DNA of 64,000 bases. It comes from Camelus dromedarius. Taxonomy: Eukaryota. Position 1 is the first letter of the stretch. The number at the start of each line of letters is the position of its first letter. The stretch lies in contig NC_087437.1 of the NCBI RefSeq assembly GCF_036321535.1, positions 71,178,001 through 71,242,000 on the forward strand. Direction: 5' to 3'. The notes beneath the pieces were generated by a model, which worked only from the letters and a program-made list of their open reading frames with translations, was not told where the DNA came from and ran no database searches. The position numbers and the translations under genes were made by a program. This document shows positions 36,066-49,094 of this stretch, one piece after another.

Positions 36066-36354
36066 TTTAAAACTGTCAACACCCATCTTCCATCTCCTGT
36101 ACACCATTTCTCCTTCCCCTGCTCTGTTTTTCTGACTTACTTGCTCATTGTCTTTCTTCCCCAGTTAGAACATAAGTTTCATGGTGGTAGGTTTTATATT
36201 TCCTGGTTTGGTCACTGCTGTATTCCCAGCATCTAGAACACTATCTGACACATGCTGTGCTCACTTAACATTTGTTGAATGAATGAAAACAGTGAATGAA
36301 GAAAGTTTCTGAAGTAACTGAAATATTAAATAGATGCTTTTGTTTTATTGGTAG

Positions 36355-36498
36355 CTCAGGAATTGGTCAATGACTGGTTAGACACCAAACTTAAGCAAGA
36401 ACTAGCAAGTGATGGGGAAGGTGGTGATGAAGACACTGTGTCGAGTATCCCTCTTGTGCCAGAAGCCAACAGGCATTTGAAATACGACAGGTTTGATG
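36355..36498 (+). CDS. CCDC191: CCDC191 exon 4: QELVNDWLDTKLKQELAS...LKYDRFD
   Basis: Acceptor ttggtAG, donor G|GTAAGA; 144 nt, phase 1 to 1. Confidence 0.94.
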
Positions 36499-37084
36499 GT
36501 AAGAACTTATCTGATTGTTCTAAGCTTTAACATCAATAGATGTATCCAAGAAATCTTTTTGTTTTGAATAATAAATGATACATTATTTGACTTTTTGGTG
36601 TTTTGCTTAGTTTTATAATTGGCTTTAGTTTTTCTTGATTCAATTTACTTATCTATATCCTCAGTAAATTCATGTTTTAAAAATTAAAATAGTCTTATTA
36701 ATTGCAATTCTTCTTATGATTATAATGGCAACTAATGCTGTTTAAGAGTGCCTTTTCCCCTATATATGTTGGATGACCATTTACCTTGATGGCTATTTAA
36801 ATGTTTTACTATGTTTAAACATTGGTATATCATTTTGTACTTAGAAAATGCTTCATGTATCTTTATAAAGGAGGTTATTACTTGCACACACAGCTAGTGT
36901 TAGACAAGTTAAATAGCTAGCTTGTGAGGGTTCCTCAAAGGCATCCAAAGAGAAAGATTTTTTTCCCTGGGCATAAGGGTAGGCATGGCAATGGTGGGGC
37001 AGCTCCCCATGTATAACTCATACATCCCTGGTGAACTCATCTGGCAGCATTCCTCTTGTTTAGGACTCTACAAAATCCCCAGCT

Positions 37085-37600
37085 TGGGAATCACAAAGTC
37101 ATGAGCTCTTAAAGTTAGGGGAATCCTCAAGATCACCTAATCTGATCTACCCTCTTCACCCCCTCAAATAGAGATCCTTCTATAGTATCCATAACATGGG
37201 GTGATAGACTCTATACCTGAACACCTCCCAGCACAGGGAGCCTGCACTCTGGGAGGTGCCCATTCAGCTGTTGTGAGGCTCTAATCTTCATAAATTCTCT
37301 GCTAGGAGAATTAGGATTTTGTCCTCAGTAACTTTTACCCTTTAGTGCAATAGGAAGTAATATCATGTCCTCTCTTTCAAGAACAGTCTTTTCGTTTTTT
37401 GTGGGAGCTGTCATCATATCTGATCCTTCATATTCGTCAGTTTTCTAGATTAAATAGCACCAGTACTCTCAACAGTTCTTTGTATCACATTGTTTCTAGA
37501 TATACTTATTGCCACCTTCTGGATATTTTCTAGTTTAGTGGTGTCATTATTAAAATGAGGCATTTCAGTACTTAATATTTATTCTGAAACATCTGGAATA
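37085..37600 (-). mobile_element. CR1/L3 LINE fragment
   Basis: AAGATCACCTAATCT...TGAACACCTCCCAGCACAGGGAGCCTGCACT...TTCTAGATTAAATAGCACCAGT resembles reverse L3. Confidence 0.5.
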
Positions 37601-37804
37601 CAATAAGACTGCTAATAGATCTGGTGCTAATGGATCTAGTTCTATCTCTGAGATTTGTTGTTACTATCTAGTATCTTACCAGACTTCACTCATCTTATGC
37701 TTCTAGAGTTACTTTTTGTTTTTGGATCAGAACATTGAACAAAAATATTACCTGGCTATTAAAAAAGAATGTTTATTAAAACTATTAACATATGATTATG
37801 TCAG

Positions 37805-39210
37805 TAGATAAAGAAAAAAATACTTGACAAAATGTGACATCTATTTCTGATTAAAACCTTAGCAGACTAGTAATAGAAGGTAAATTCTTCAGCCTGACAA
37901 AGAGCACTTACATGAGATGTATAGAAGAAAAACACCAAAGTGACAAATGTAAATCTTACCTTATCAAGAATTACATTACATATAAATGGATTAAATGCTT
38001 TAATCAAAAGATGGAGACTGGCAGAATGAACTTAAAAATATCTAACTATATGCTGTCTACAAGAGACATTCTAGATTCAAAGACACAAACAGGTTGAAAG
38101 TAAAAGGATAGGAAAAGATGTACCATGCAAATAGTAGCCAAAAGAGTGTGAGAGCAGCTTGTTAATATCAGGAAAAAAATAGATTATGATAAGAAATTGT
38201 TACTCAAGACAAAGAAGGGCAGTCTATAATAATAAAAGGGTCAATCCATCAGAAAACATAGCAAGTGTTAACATGTATACACCTAGCAAAAGAACCCCCA
38301 AATACATGATGCATATCTGAGAAAATTGAAGGGAAAAATAGGTAATTCAACAGTAACAGTTGGAAACTTCAGTAACCCCATTTTCAATAATGTATGGAAC
38401 TAAATAGAACATTAGCAAGAAAGATACTCAGTATCATTAGTCATTAGGAAAAAGCAAATTAAAATTACCATGAGTAACCACTACACACCTATTAAAATGG
38501 CTTAAATTGAAAGACTGACCGTACCAAGTATTGGTAAGGAAGTGGAGGAGTAGAACACTCCTACCTTGCTTGTGAGAATGTGAAATTATATAACTACTTT
38601 GGAAAACAGTTTGACAGTTTCTTACAAAAGTTAAACAAATACTTATTATATGATCCAACCATTCCACTCCTAGGCATTTTCCTAAGAGAAAAGAAAGCAT
38701 ACATTCATACAAATATGTGTACACAAATGTTCATAACAGTTTTATTTGTAATAGCCCAAATCTGGAAGCAAATGTCTATCCCCAGATGAATGAATAAACA
38801 AATTGTCGTATGCCCATACAGTAGAATACTACTCAGCAATAAAGAGGGTTGAACGATTGATACAACAACATGGATGAATCTCAGAATAGTTATGCTGAGT
38901 AAAAGAAGCATGACCAAAAAGAGTACATAGTATATGATTTAATTGATGCAAAATTCTGGAAAATTTAAACTAATCTTTTGGCAGAAGCAGGTCTGTGGTT
39001 GCCTGGATAGGGCAGAGAGCATGGGGAGGAGTGGGAGGAAGAGATTGCAAATCAGCATGAAGACCCTTTTTGGGGCTAACAGATACACTCATTATCTTGA
39101 TTGTAATGATGGTTTTACTGGTAATTATATATATCAAAATGTACTGTAGACTTTAAATATTTACAAGTTTATTGTATGTCAGTTATACCACATTAGAGCC
39201 TTTTTGAAAA
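37805..39210 (+). mobile_element. Composite old L1 fragments (RT piece, endonuclease piece, 3' end)
   Basis: AACTATATGCTGTCTACAAGAGAC (EN, ICCLQET-like); TATGATCCAACCATTCCACTCCTAGGCATT; ATGGATGAATCTCAGAATAGTTATGCTGAGT (3' end). Several track ORFs here are L1 remnants. Confidence 0.85.
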
Positions 39211-39527
39211 AGAGCAATAGATTCCTCAAGGATGTTTAGGTCCTTGTAATATAAATGTAAAAGTAGTATCTTTTCAGTTTGGTAGTGAGGAGGTCTTTAG
39301 TGACTTGGGTGAGGGAAGTTCCTCGTGAGTGAAGGTTTTTCCCTCTTAGTTGAAGGTAATTGCTGAGGGATTTACTCATCCAGTTGGCATTATCAGTTAC
39401 TATTTATTGAACATTCATAGCTTTTTATTTTTATTGTACCAGGATTTTTTATATAAATACGGAAATTATACTGAAGTAAAATTTTTTTTTAATTTTCCTT
39501 TTTTTGTTGTTGTTCTCTTTCTCCCAG

Positions 39528-39706
39528 ATTTATGTGGTTACTTGGAGGAAGAAGAGGAAAGCACCATCGTTCAAAAATTTATAGACCATCTGCTCCATAA
39601 AGATGTGGTGGATTCTGGGATGCTGGAAGATCTTGGAATGAATGAAAACCAAGACAAGAAGTGGCAGAAGGATCCTCGTCTTACCATGGAGATGAGACAT
39701 AAGCAG
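39528..39706 (+). CDS. CCDC191: CCDC191 exon 5: LCGYLEEEEESTIVQKFIDHLLHK...DPRLTMEMRHKQ
   Basis: Strong pyrimidine tract and cccAG, donor CAG|GTGGGA; 179 nt, phase 1 to 0. Confidence 0.95.
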
Positions 39707-41150
39707 GTGGGAGGGAAAAGCAAAATTAAAATGGATAACAGGAAGCAATCTTTGTGTGACACATTTAATAAGCTTAAATAAAGATTTAGGCTTTATTATG
39801 AAAAAGGATGCCATCTGTGGTTTGGTTAGAAAGAATAAAAATAAAATATAAGAACTTCAGAAGAAAAATAATGCTCATAAACTGAGGATAGGAAACAATT
39901 TATTTAAGAGAACCAAGCAAAAGAATAATTGATTTTGACCAAGAGAGAAGTGAGCTAAACTTTATTAGTTTGGATGTGGTACTTCCGAATATAAATATGT
40001 AGATTGGGGTTTGCTTGAATTTGTTTTTTTAATTATGACATCAATATATTAATATCATGAATATTCTGGTGAATGTTATAATGATGATTCTTCTCTAGGC
40101 AACTGAAAAATTCACTCATTTTGTGATTATAATTTGAAAGGGAGGGCAGATCTGAATTAAATCTAGTTCAGCTGTTTTGAATTAGAAAGGCATATGGGAA
40201 CTTTCTTGTCTCCAAAGACAATAGTAGATTATAGGAAGAAGATACATCTCAATGCTTTGTAGAGGAACTTCAGGAAGTCAGAATGACCAAGTCTTTCCCA
40301 TATGTCCAGAACCAAGACCGGACTAGAATTACGGTCTAGTCTTTTTGTAACAATGAATTTCTGATTACTTTAAACCATAAGGCGTGCTCAATCAGCACTA
40401 GGGATGATAGAGAAACTGGGGTAGAAGTACGATCCTGGTTTGGATTTATGATAAAAGGGAGGAAAGAAGGTTCACTAAGAGAAAGCCATTATCTAGAAGT
40501 CTTATCATGAGAGTAAGATAAGGGTAGAGTTAACGAACGGAAAGGATCACCCCTTAGTTCATAGCTAGTCAAGCCTTTAAAGAGTTAATGGGTTTGAAAA
40601 AAATGATTGTGCTTATTCAGAAATATTTGTGAAGTTCATGATTTTGTTTTCCAAATAATCCAGAATCATCTATATATTAAAATGATAGACGTGAATAAAA
40701 GGCCGTGATGTTCCTTAAGGTAATAAATCACTGTTCTAGCCTTCACAATTTATCCTCCCCCAAATAACCTTATTCTTTTTCTTAAGTTATAATTAGCATA
40801 CAGACTGAATAAATAGCAGTAATGTACACCTTGGAAAATCTTATGAGTAGGAAATCATTACTAAATCAGAATCCAGAATTTGGCATCAGACCCATTAGAT
40901 TTTCAACTTCTCCATGGTGCAGATTGTTCCCAAATTGTTTGGAATGGTCTTACCTGACTTCATTTAAAACTTCCTATTGATCATTACTCAGTAAACAAAA
41001 GAATTTCCCCTGTTTTTCTGATATACCATGGGGTTCTGGGCCAGAATGTTTCAAAGTGGTTGTATTCTGATCTTCAAAATTTGTTCTAAGGTTTTGCATA
41101 TCCCTTTCTACTTGAAAGGCTGCTTTCACCCTTGTTGTATTCTCCTCAAG

Positions 41151-41374
41151 GTAAAAGAAAATCGCTTAAGGCGTGAGAAAGAACTGGAGCGCCAGAGAAT
41201 TGAAAAGACCCTGAAAAAATCGGCCTTCTTAGAGGCTCAGTATCTGGTGCAAGAAGAGAAGAAAAGGAAGGCTCTAGAGGCCAAGAAAGAGGAGGAGGAG
41301 ATTCAAAGGGAGATGGTAAAGCTTCGGAGGGAGATAATTGAGAGGAGACGCACTGTGGAAGAGGCATGGAAAAT
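41151..41374 (+). CDS. CCDC191: CCDC191 exon 6: VKENRLRREKELERQRIEK...RRTVEEAWK (coiled coil)
   Basis: Acceptor ctcctcaAG, donor AT|GTAAGT; 224 nt, phase 0 to 2; E/K/R-rich. Confidence 0.95.
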
Positions 41375-42769
41375 GTAAGTCAGCTGTGATGAGCAGTATT
41401 AAGGTTTGTTATGTTGTTTAGGCAGTCATTTTGGAAGGACTCTAAAGTTCTTTAAAATGCACAAACAATGCAATAACAAAACACAGAAGAGAAATCACCC
41501 ACTCTTGCACCGTCTTAACAAATGAACTATTTTCATTTTTTCCGTGTTTCCTCCTGTTCTTGATCCGTTTATGTACTTAATTGCAATCATAAAGTACATA
41601 TAATTTGTTATTCTGCTTGTTGTGATTACCACATTGCCTGGAATCCTAAGGTCTGTATATTACTGCATTGAATTCTTATACCATAATTTATATAATGACC
41701 TCCACTCCCCATACTGGTGAGCATTTCGGCTATTTCAGACTTTTCACCAGTAGTGCAGTGAGCATCCTTAAGCATAGAGCTTTTTCATTCTTTTGAATTA
41801 TGTTCTTAGGGTTGTAATTACAGAGTTAAATGGTATAGGCTTCTTGTGACTCTTGAAACATTGCCAAATTTCTTTCCAAATGGCTTGTACTTATTTACGC
41901 GATTGCTGGCAGTGGACCACACTCAGCATTGGGGAGGTGTTATCATTTTCAATATTTTTGCACTTTTAATAGGTATTATATTGGTTAGTTTGCATTTCCT
42001 TGGGTTCCTGAATGTTTTTAAGATTGGGCACGTTTCCTTATACACATTGGCTAATTGTGCCTCATCCTATTGTGAATTGCCTCAGTGTCTTATCTTCCAA
42101 TAATGATACAGAGAGTCACCACTGCCTTACTGCCACTGATAAAGAAAAACAATATCTAACATAAAAGGGAAATCAAAGTAGCCCTTACTGGATGTAGTAC
42201 TGTTGTGTTTCTTCATGCAGAAAATGAGCTTTGTAAATGAAATAACTAATGTATTTGTTCTGAGAAACAGCACGGATGCATAAACTGCAAAAGCCTTGGA
42301 ACAACGTGCCTGAAGTGGCTGAATACTCAAACTGAGAGGCCACAAAGACCTATTAGATAATCTCTTCCACCCCCTCAGCCTCCACAGCTTTCCCCACTGC
42401 GTTCTTGATTGCTCTCATCCTCCCCAATTTAAAACTGCTCTGCAGTGGATGTGGGCTTCATTCTTTCAAGTACCAGGCTCAGACCTCCTCCAGATGCTTT
42501 TCCTTTCAGGAAGCAATCACCAGTGTTAGTGAGTTCTTGCTAAGGTCGGCCTTCCTTTTCAGATTGCTCTCAAGCCCTGAAAAATCTAGGCTGACTTAAA
42601 ATAAATTGGGAAAACAAGTAACATTTGATGGTAGCAGGAAGCACTGCTCACAGTGGGCACTCAGCGAACATTCACTGACCAGTCATTTCTTTTAAAAGTT
42701 AAAAATCTTATCCGTGGATGCAGTGAGACAGATAATATGCAGTACTTCTATGTAGTTGAACTGATTTAA

Positions 42770-43100
42770 ACTTAACAGAAAGCAATTTGGCAATAAACAA
42801 TAAGAGCCATGAAAATGTTATCATTTGACCTGGGAATTCCAGTTATAGGAATATTATCCTAAGAAAATGACCAGAAATCCAGACAAAGATTTGTGCACAA
42901 AGATAATGAAAATAACATTATTTATAATAACAGACATTCATAAATATTGGAGAAATTAATAATTAATGGTTGTACAGTGAAACAGCACTGACTTGTTAAT
43001 CAGTGGTTTTTTTCTGGGTAGAAATATAGATGGATGGCTTTTATACCTCTCCAGTTTTTCACAATGAGCAGATATTACTTTCGTAACAGATAGATATTTT
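42770..43100 (+). mobile_element. Old L1 (L1ME-like) 3' fragment
   Basis: GCAATTTGGCAATA...CATTTGACCTGGGAATTCCAGTTATAGGAATATTATCCTAAGAAAAT. Confidence 0.6.
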
Positions 43101-43149
43101 AGTGTTATTTTAAAAATTTGATCCATGGTGTTAGAACTGTATTTTTTTT

Positions 43150-43314
43150 AAATTTTCAATTTTTTTTAGAGTTTTTTTTTTACAATTTCACATTTTTATT
43201 ATTTTGGGGGTGGGGAGGAGGTAATTAGGTTTTTATTAATTTTTGCTGGAGGTACTGGGTATTGAATCCAGGACCTTGTAGGCATGCTCTCTACCACTGA
43301 GTTATGCCTTCCCT
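43150..43314 (-). mobile_element. tRNA-derived SINE, Vic-1-type
   Basis: GGAGGTAATTAGGTTT...GGAGGTACTGGGTATTGAATCCAGGACCT...CTCTACCACTGAGTTATGCCTTCCC; T-rich tail at left; degenerate TSD around AACTGT. Confidence 0.85.
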
Positions 43315-44517
43315 TGCTAAAACTGTGTTTCTTTAAATGCCCGCTCTGGTCTGCTGATAACTATCTAACATAATGTTGTTAATGCATTAGTAAGTTTGGA
43401 AAGAGTCAGTAAAATTATATTGTTGATAAGGCTTTTTAGTTTATTTGTAAGGTACCCTAAATCTGCTTCATTGCATAGTTTAAAAGAGTCTTCTCTAAAA
43501 GGTTTATTAACTACAAAGAGAAAAATATCAACTTTACACTGGAGAAGCCACCTTAACCAAATGATGATTAACATCACCAGTAATAAGATACAACGTTATG
43601 TGTCGCCTGTATGATATATGAGAATTAATGAAAGAATGTCTGCAGGTAAATCTGGCATTCCTCTTTCCATTTGAGTTTCTACAACTGTGAAGTGAAATTC
43701 AGAAAGGCTAGGTGACTTGCCTGAGTTTTCACAGCTGGTTTGTGGCCAGAGCCCATGAATCCTGAGCCTTGACTAGGTGCTGGCTTTACTATGTCATTGA
43801 TAATGTATATACACATACCTATGTGGTTTAATGTACTCCAATTAGAAGGCGATGGCTATGAGCTTGCTTGGATTGGTGAGTGTAAGAGGGATGACCTGGA
43901 GGGGAAAGTACAGATAGGTAGGTGAGAAAGAGATAATCACAAAGATGAGTGACAAAGTTTCTAAGAGGTTCTTGCTACTTGCCTGCAGTCCTTTTCCTTA
44001 TTAAGTTTTATTTTTTCGCTTTTCAGCTGTCCTAGAGTTAATATAAATTCCATTTTCTCCTTCCTCAGTAACACCTGACTCTTTTATTGTTTTTCGTCCT
44101 AGAAACCTTGTAAAAGCCTTGTGGTAAGAATCTCATTCCTTTCTTACCCAAGGGTCCTTATTTGCCTCCCCTTATAAGAAGAGAGAGAACTTATGTCTGT
44201 ATTAGAGATTACCTAGTAGTTGTTATCTCTCAAATTTTCATCAAAGCATCATTCAATAAAAATACTTAAATATCTATAGGGCTTTCTACTTTTCAGAATA
44301 CATTAAAACAATTTTATTTTATTTAACTGTATTGTATAAAGGAATAAACTAAGACTAAAAAGAAAAAAAAAATCTCCCTACTATGTAGTTTTAGGACCAG
44401 ATCTAAAAATTGCTATCTTCTGATGGAAAATTCAGTGTTCATTCCACTGTGATAGGTTGTAATTACTCATTGTTAAGTCTGTTGTTCATACATGTATTTT
44501 TTAATTGTTATTAATAG

Positions 44518-44671
44518 AGAGAAGAAAAAGCAAGAAGAAAATTCTCTAAAAAATCCAGAGAAAGGCATGTTTCAAAATGTTCATACTGTTCTAGATGAAG
44601 AAAAAATGGCAAAAGAAAGAAAGAAGAAACTGAAAGAGTTATTAATCCAAACTTTCAAGGAAAATCACCAG
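44518..44671 (+). CDS. CCDC191: CCDC191 exon 7: EKKKQEENSLKNPEK...LLIQTFKENHQ
   Basis: Acceptor ttaatAG, donor CAG|GTAGGA; 154 nt, phase 2 to 0. Confidence 0.93.
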
Positions 44672-46022
44672 GTAGGAATTGCAGTGTCTCTTTATTCAGC
44701 ATTCTGTAGCACAAATGACAAAGGGCTCCATCAGAGATGGGACAGTGTAACACTGAGCCCAGTGGAGCCTCATCCCAAGTGCCAGAATTGGCCACACCAT
44801 TTGTTCCCGGCTACTCAGCCGGCCGATTGCATAGGGCGGTGCTTCAATCCTCTGTTCAGGGGCTACTCATACATACTCTATGATCCAAGGAAGTGGGGGT
44901 ATGAATTTGGGATGTCTCACTAAATAACCTTTTTCAGAATAGTGTGTAACTACTATTGTAGATTTCAGGCTGTTTTTGAAAGCTTGGCTTCCACATTGAC
45001 AGTCTTATGGACCTTTGTGTTCTGGATTATGCAGAAGAATTATTCAGAAAGTTACTTGCCTTTTGGTAGCTCAGATCCTAAACAGTGATATATTTGTGCT
45101 TCTACTATAATGGTCTGCATTTTATTTTACTCTCCTTTCTCTTTCTTTGGTTTCACTTTTTGAAAAATTAACTGGCAAATTTTTTATTGACAAATGAGCA
45201 ACTTCCTCTAGCTACTTAAGTAGAAATTTTTTTCAGTGATGTTGGATTGACAACAGTGTAAGTTTGGGTCTATTACATTTCAGGTGAAAGGAATTACTTG
45301 GAAGATTTGTAAATGAGAAGGTCAGATGAGAAGAGATAAATACTAAATATATCTATTTTATATCTCCTACAACACCCACCCCAGGGCCTTAGGCACTGAT
45401 GAAATTCAGTGACAGTTAATGGAATGAATGTATAAGTGAAATGGATTTAACAAGAGAAAAGAGAATGTCAAGAAGAGATTGAGGGAACTTGATAAGTGTA
45501 GGATAGCTTACAAAGGCCCTGGAAATCAATGATAGAAATTTGAATATGATATGAATAACTAAGATATGAGGGAAAAAGTAAAGTAGTAAAGTAAAGCAGT
45601 CACTTAAGAAAGCTAGACATATTTGATGGCAGCGTTTTGGACTGATGGGCAAGAAGTCATAATTATTCAGATATAAAACAACAAGAGTTTGGTCAGAGTT
45701 TTGGCTTTAGGAATAGAGAGGGAAGTGTGGTAGGAGGAAATACTAAGAGTTGGGATTAACATTTTGGGAAAAATTGGCGAAGACTCTCCGATGCTGTGTC
45801 CTTCAGAGACAGATGGAGTTATTACATCCTCCTGCAGTAACAGTTCAGGTTTCTGAGAGAAAATAGAAAAGGAAATGAGTACTCAAGGGTACATCTTGGG
45901 AAGGAGTAAGGAAAAAGTGCCATCTTATGTTACCCAACCAATAAGAGATGGGTAAGACCTGTGTTCCCTGTAAGATTAAGTTTTTTATTTTATTGAAGCC
46001 CGCTGTACAAGTAGAAATAATT

Positions 46023-46707
46023 CAGTCATCCCTTAGTATTCATGGGGAATTGGTTCCAAGACTCCAAGCGGTATACCAAAGTCTGCAAATTCTCAAGTCC
46101 CTTATATAAAATAGTGTAGTTGTTTGCGTATAACCTATGTACATTCTTCTGTATACTTTGAATTATCTCTAGATTATTTATGACACCGATGCAAAAAATT
46201 AATAAACAACCTTGAATTAAGTAGAGTCAGAAGACCAGAAAGGGGAGCCCTCATGCCCTGTGACAGTAACAGAGCCCAACAGGAAGAAGAAAGACTTCTT
46301 TTCTGGCAAGGACTCAGCCAATGAAAAGCCATGGACATTTTGTTTACTATAGTCCTATCAGCTTCCTTTTCCCCTGTATGAGAGTTCTCCTTCCCTGGCC
46401 ATGTGAGAACTTGAACGTGGCTCGCCATGGTTGCAGAGCCCAAATAAACCCATCTTTGTTGGAGTAATACGTCTTTACCGGAGTAATACCTGGCAGTCTA
46501 TTTGTTCCAGGTCAACACCTAATAAAACATAAAACTATGTAAATAATTGTAAATACAATGTAAATGCTATGTAAATAGTTGCCAGCACGGCAAATCAAGT
46601 TTTGGGTTTTTGGAACTGTCTGGAAATTTTTTCTCCCGTATATTTTCCATCCACAGTCGGTTGAATCTGCAGATGTAGAATTTGGCGGATACAGAACGCT
46701 GACTGTA
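46023..46707 (+). mobile_element. MER2 (TcMar-Tigger) split by an LTR insertion
   Basis: Termini CAGTCATCCCTTAGTATTC...GGATACAGAACGCTGACTG(TA); body CTCAAGTCCCTTATATAAAAT and GCTATGTAAATAGTTG. Confidence 0.8.
46181..46517 (+). mobile_element. Solo ERV LTR (artiodactyl ERV1-like), about 340 bp
   Basis: TG...GTCAACA termini, CCAAT (AGCCAATG) near 46317, AATAAA near 46443; interrupts MER2; left boundary uncertain by a few bases. Confidence 0.65.
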
Positions 46708-46899
46708 TGTGCTTTAGAAAGAAGTGCTAGGTGTGAATTTTAGACACATATAAAGAGTTCTACAAAACTCTTTAGTGGCATATTAAAACAGATTACTCAG
46801 CTTTAAGAGGACCAGCTGATATATTTTAAAAATGAGAGACTATGAATAAATTATCTCCACTTTGCCACAAATTCTGCTTGATTTGAAACTGTATTTGTA

Positions 46900-48560
46900 A
46901 GTCTTTATTTTGAAATAATTTTAGACATACAGAAAAATTGCAAAAACAGTGCATGGAGTTCCTGAGTACCCTTCACTCAGCTTTCCTTGGTGTTAACATC
47001 TTACATAATCACAGTATAGTTTTCAAAACTAGGAAATTGACATTGGTACAATACCATTAAATACAGTTAAGAAAACTACAGACCTTATTAGAATGTCACC
47101 TGTTTTTCCACTGATGTCCTTTTTCCATCCGTGGTTGTCACGTCTTAGTCTACTCCAGTTTGTGACAGTTCCTCAATCTTTCCTTGTCTTTTAGGACTTC
47201 GACATTTTTGAAGAGTTCTGGTCAGGTGTTTTGTAGAATGTGTCTCAGTTTGGGCTTTGCGACATTCTCTTCTGCTTAGGTTGAGATTACGCGTTTTTGG
47301 TAAGAATACTGTAAGCAGTGCTGCTGTGCCTCTCTCAGTGACTCCTGTCAGGGGTGCATACTGTTAATATGTCTTATTTCTGTTGATGTCAACCTCAGTC
47401 ACTTAAGATTGTGTCTGCTGGTTTCCTCCACTGTTTCTTCCCTTTTTAATTCGTAACAGTCTTGGAGGAAATATTGTGAAACTATGCAAATATCCTGTTT
47501 ATCATCCTTAAACTTTCGCCTACCAGTTTTAGCATCCACTGGTGGATCTTGCCTGTAACAGTGATTAATGTGGTATTTGTCTAACAATGATTTTGTGTTT
47601 CCCTCTTCTTGTCTTCATTTATTCACTGAAATTCTTCTAGAAGGAAAAACTGTCCCTCCTCCCCCACTTCTTTATTCAGTGATTCAGTTATTTATTTGCA
47701 TCAGGGTGGGCTTGTGGCTATTTATCCGATGGGTTATATTCAAATATTATTGTTTACTTTGTTACTCAAATTGTTCTAGCCTTGGCCCTTAGGAAATCTT
47801 TCAGATTGATGCCTTTGCCCTTTCAAAGTCCTTTTCTGGGTACTTCCTTTCTTTCTAGCACCACAAGATGTTGCAGGCTCATCCTGTATTTCCCCTGCCC
47901 TGGCTCTGGAATCAACCACTTCTACATGGAATCTTGGTTCCTTTTATTGGAGAATAATATTTAGAAACCACAAGCCAGTACTAGCCCTGCTCACTGGTAC
48001 TGGGGTGTCACTGTTTCCGGGCCCTCTCAGCAGACAGAGCTGGGAAATGGATGTACTTATACTGTCCTACACATACATACACACTATATTAATTTCTGTA
48101 TCTGTCTGTGTACAAATTAAAAATCCATGGGTTTATATTGATACAGCCAATTCCAGGGCAACAACACAAGGGTCATACTATCGTTTCCCCTTCCTTACTT
48201 GTGACTTATTTCTGTATCTATCTGTATATATTTTAAAGTAATTGTGACTTCATAGTGATAACTCCAGCCCTAATTCAGCACCACAGGCTTTAGTGTAGCC
48301 TTTCCCCTTGCTTGTTTATATCTTTCTCTGACAGTCAGAAACCTGGAGCTTATTACCTAAAATATATTTACTTATTTGTTCAGTCCTAGTATACCATAAA
48401 AGTAGTTTCAGTATTGCTAACCTCTACTGCTATGGAAACAAATTTACTAACTATAGTGTAAAATTTGTACAGTTATTTTTATTTTTAGCCTTAATCAGCC
48501 AAAATTGTTTCCAAAGTTCCTTAGGTGGGTTCTTTCCTTCCCTTTCCCCGTGACTGTGAT
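46900..48560 (-). mobile_element. Old L1 (L1MC/ME-like) 3' region
   Basis: TTTATTTTGAAATAATTTTAGACATACAGAAAAATTGCAAAA...TCCCCTGCCCTGGCTCTGGAATCAACCACTTCT is typical of reversed L1MC 3' UTRs. Confidence 0.75.
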
Positions 48561-49094
48561 TATGTCACTCATGTGTAGTCTTGTTAGTGAACCTTCCATT
48601 TAGATGTCCTCGGGGCATATGGACATAACTGAGACAAGGGAAAATCCACCTACCAGATTCTTCAGGCTTTTACAGCCTTGGCTGGAGGTGGGACTGTCCT
48701 CTGGTAAACACCACCAGAGTAGCCAGCCCTCTGGGGTCACTTCCTTGTTCCCAGTCCACATTCCTGGCCTAGTTCTGAAGGAGGCTGAAACTGCCCTTGG
48801 GTAATGGAACTTGGATACTCCGCAGCCTAAATATGCCCACGGGATGAAAAGGTGGAAAGTGCCTGCCTGGCTTGCAGTGAGCAGCTGGATAATAGGAAGC
48901 TCTTGTCAGCATGCACAGAACCGCTCCCTGGCACAAAACCAATGGCAAGTAACTTTTGCAGGGAGACTTTAAAGCATCTGTTTCTAGGAGTTGCTCTAGT
49001 TCAGACTCTTCTGGTTCCTGTATTCTTTGTGCTTTGACTCTGGATTCTGTTGTTCCCCTAATCTTCTAACATCACATTTGGGCCACAGTATGTT

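Larger units (their letters stand above)
34730..36300 (+). mobile_element. L2 LINE interrupted by MER20 and a SINE
   Basis: TTGGATGTCTCATAAGCATCTCA...CAGTAAATGGCACCTCCATCC...ending TGCTCACTTAACATTTGTTGAATGAATGAA. Confidence 0.8.
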
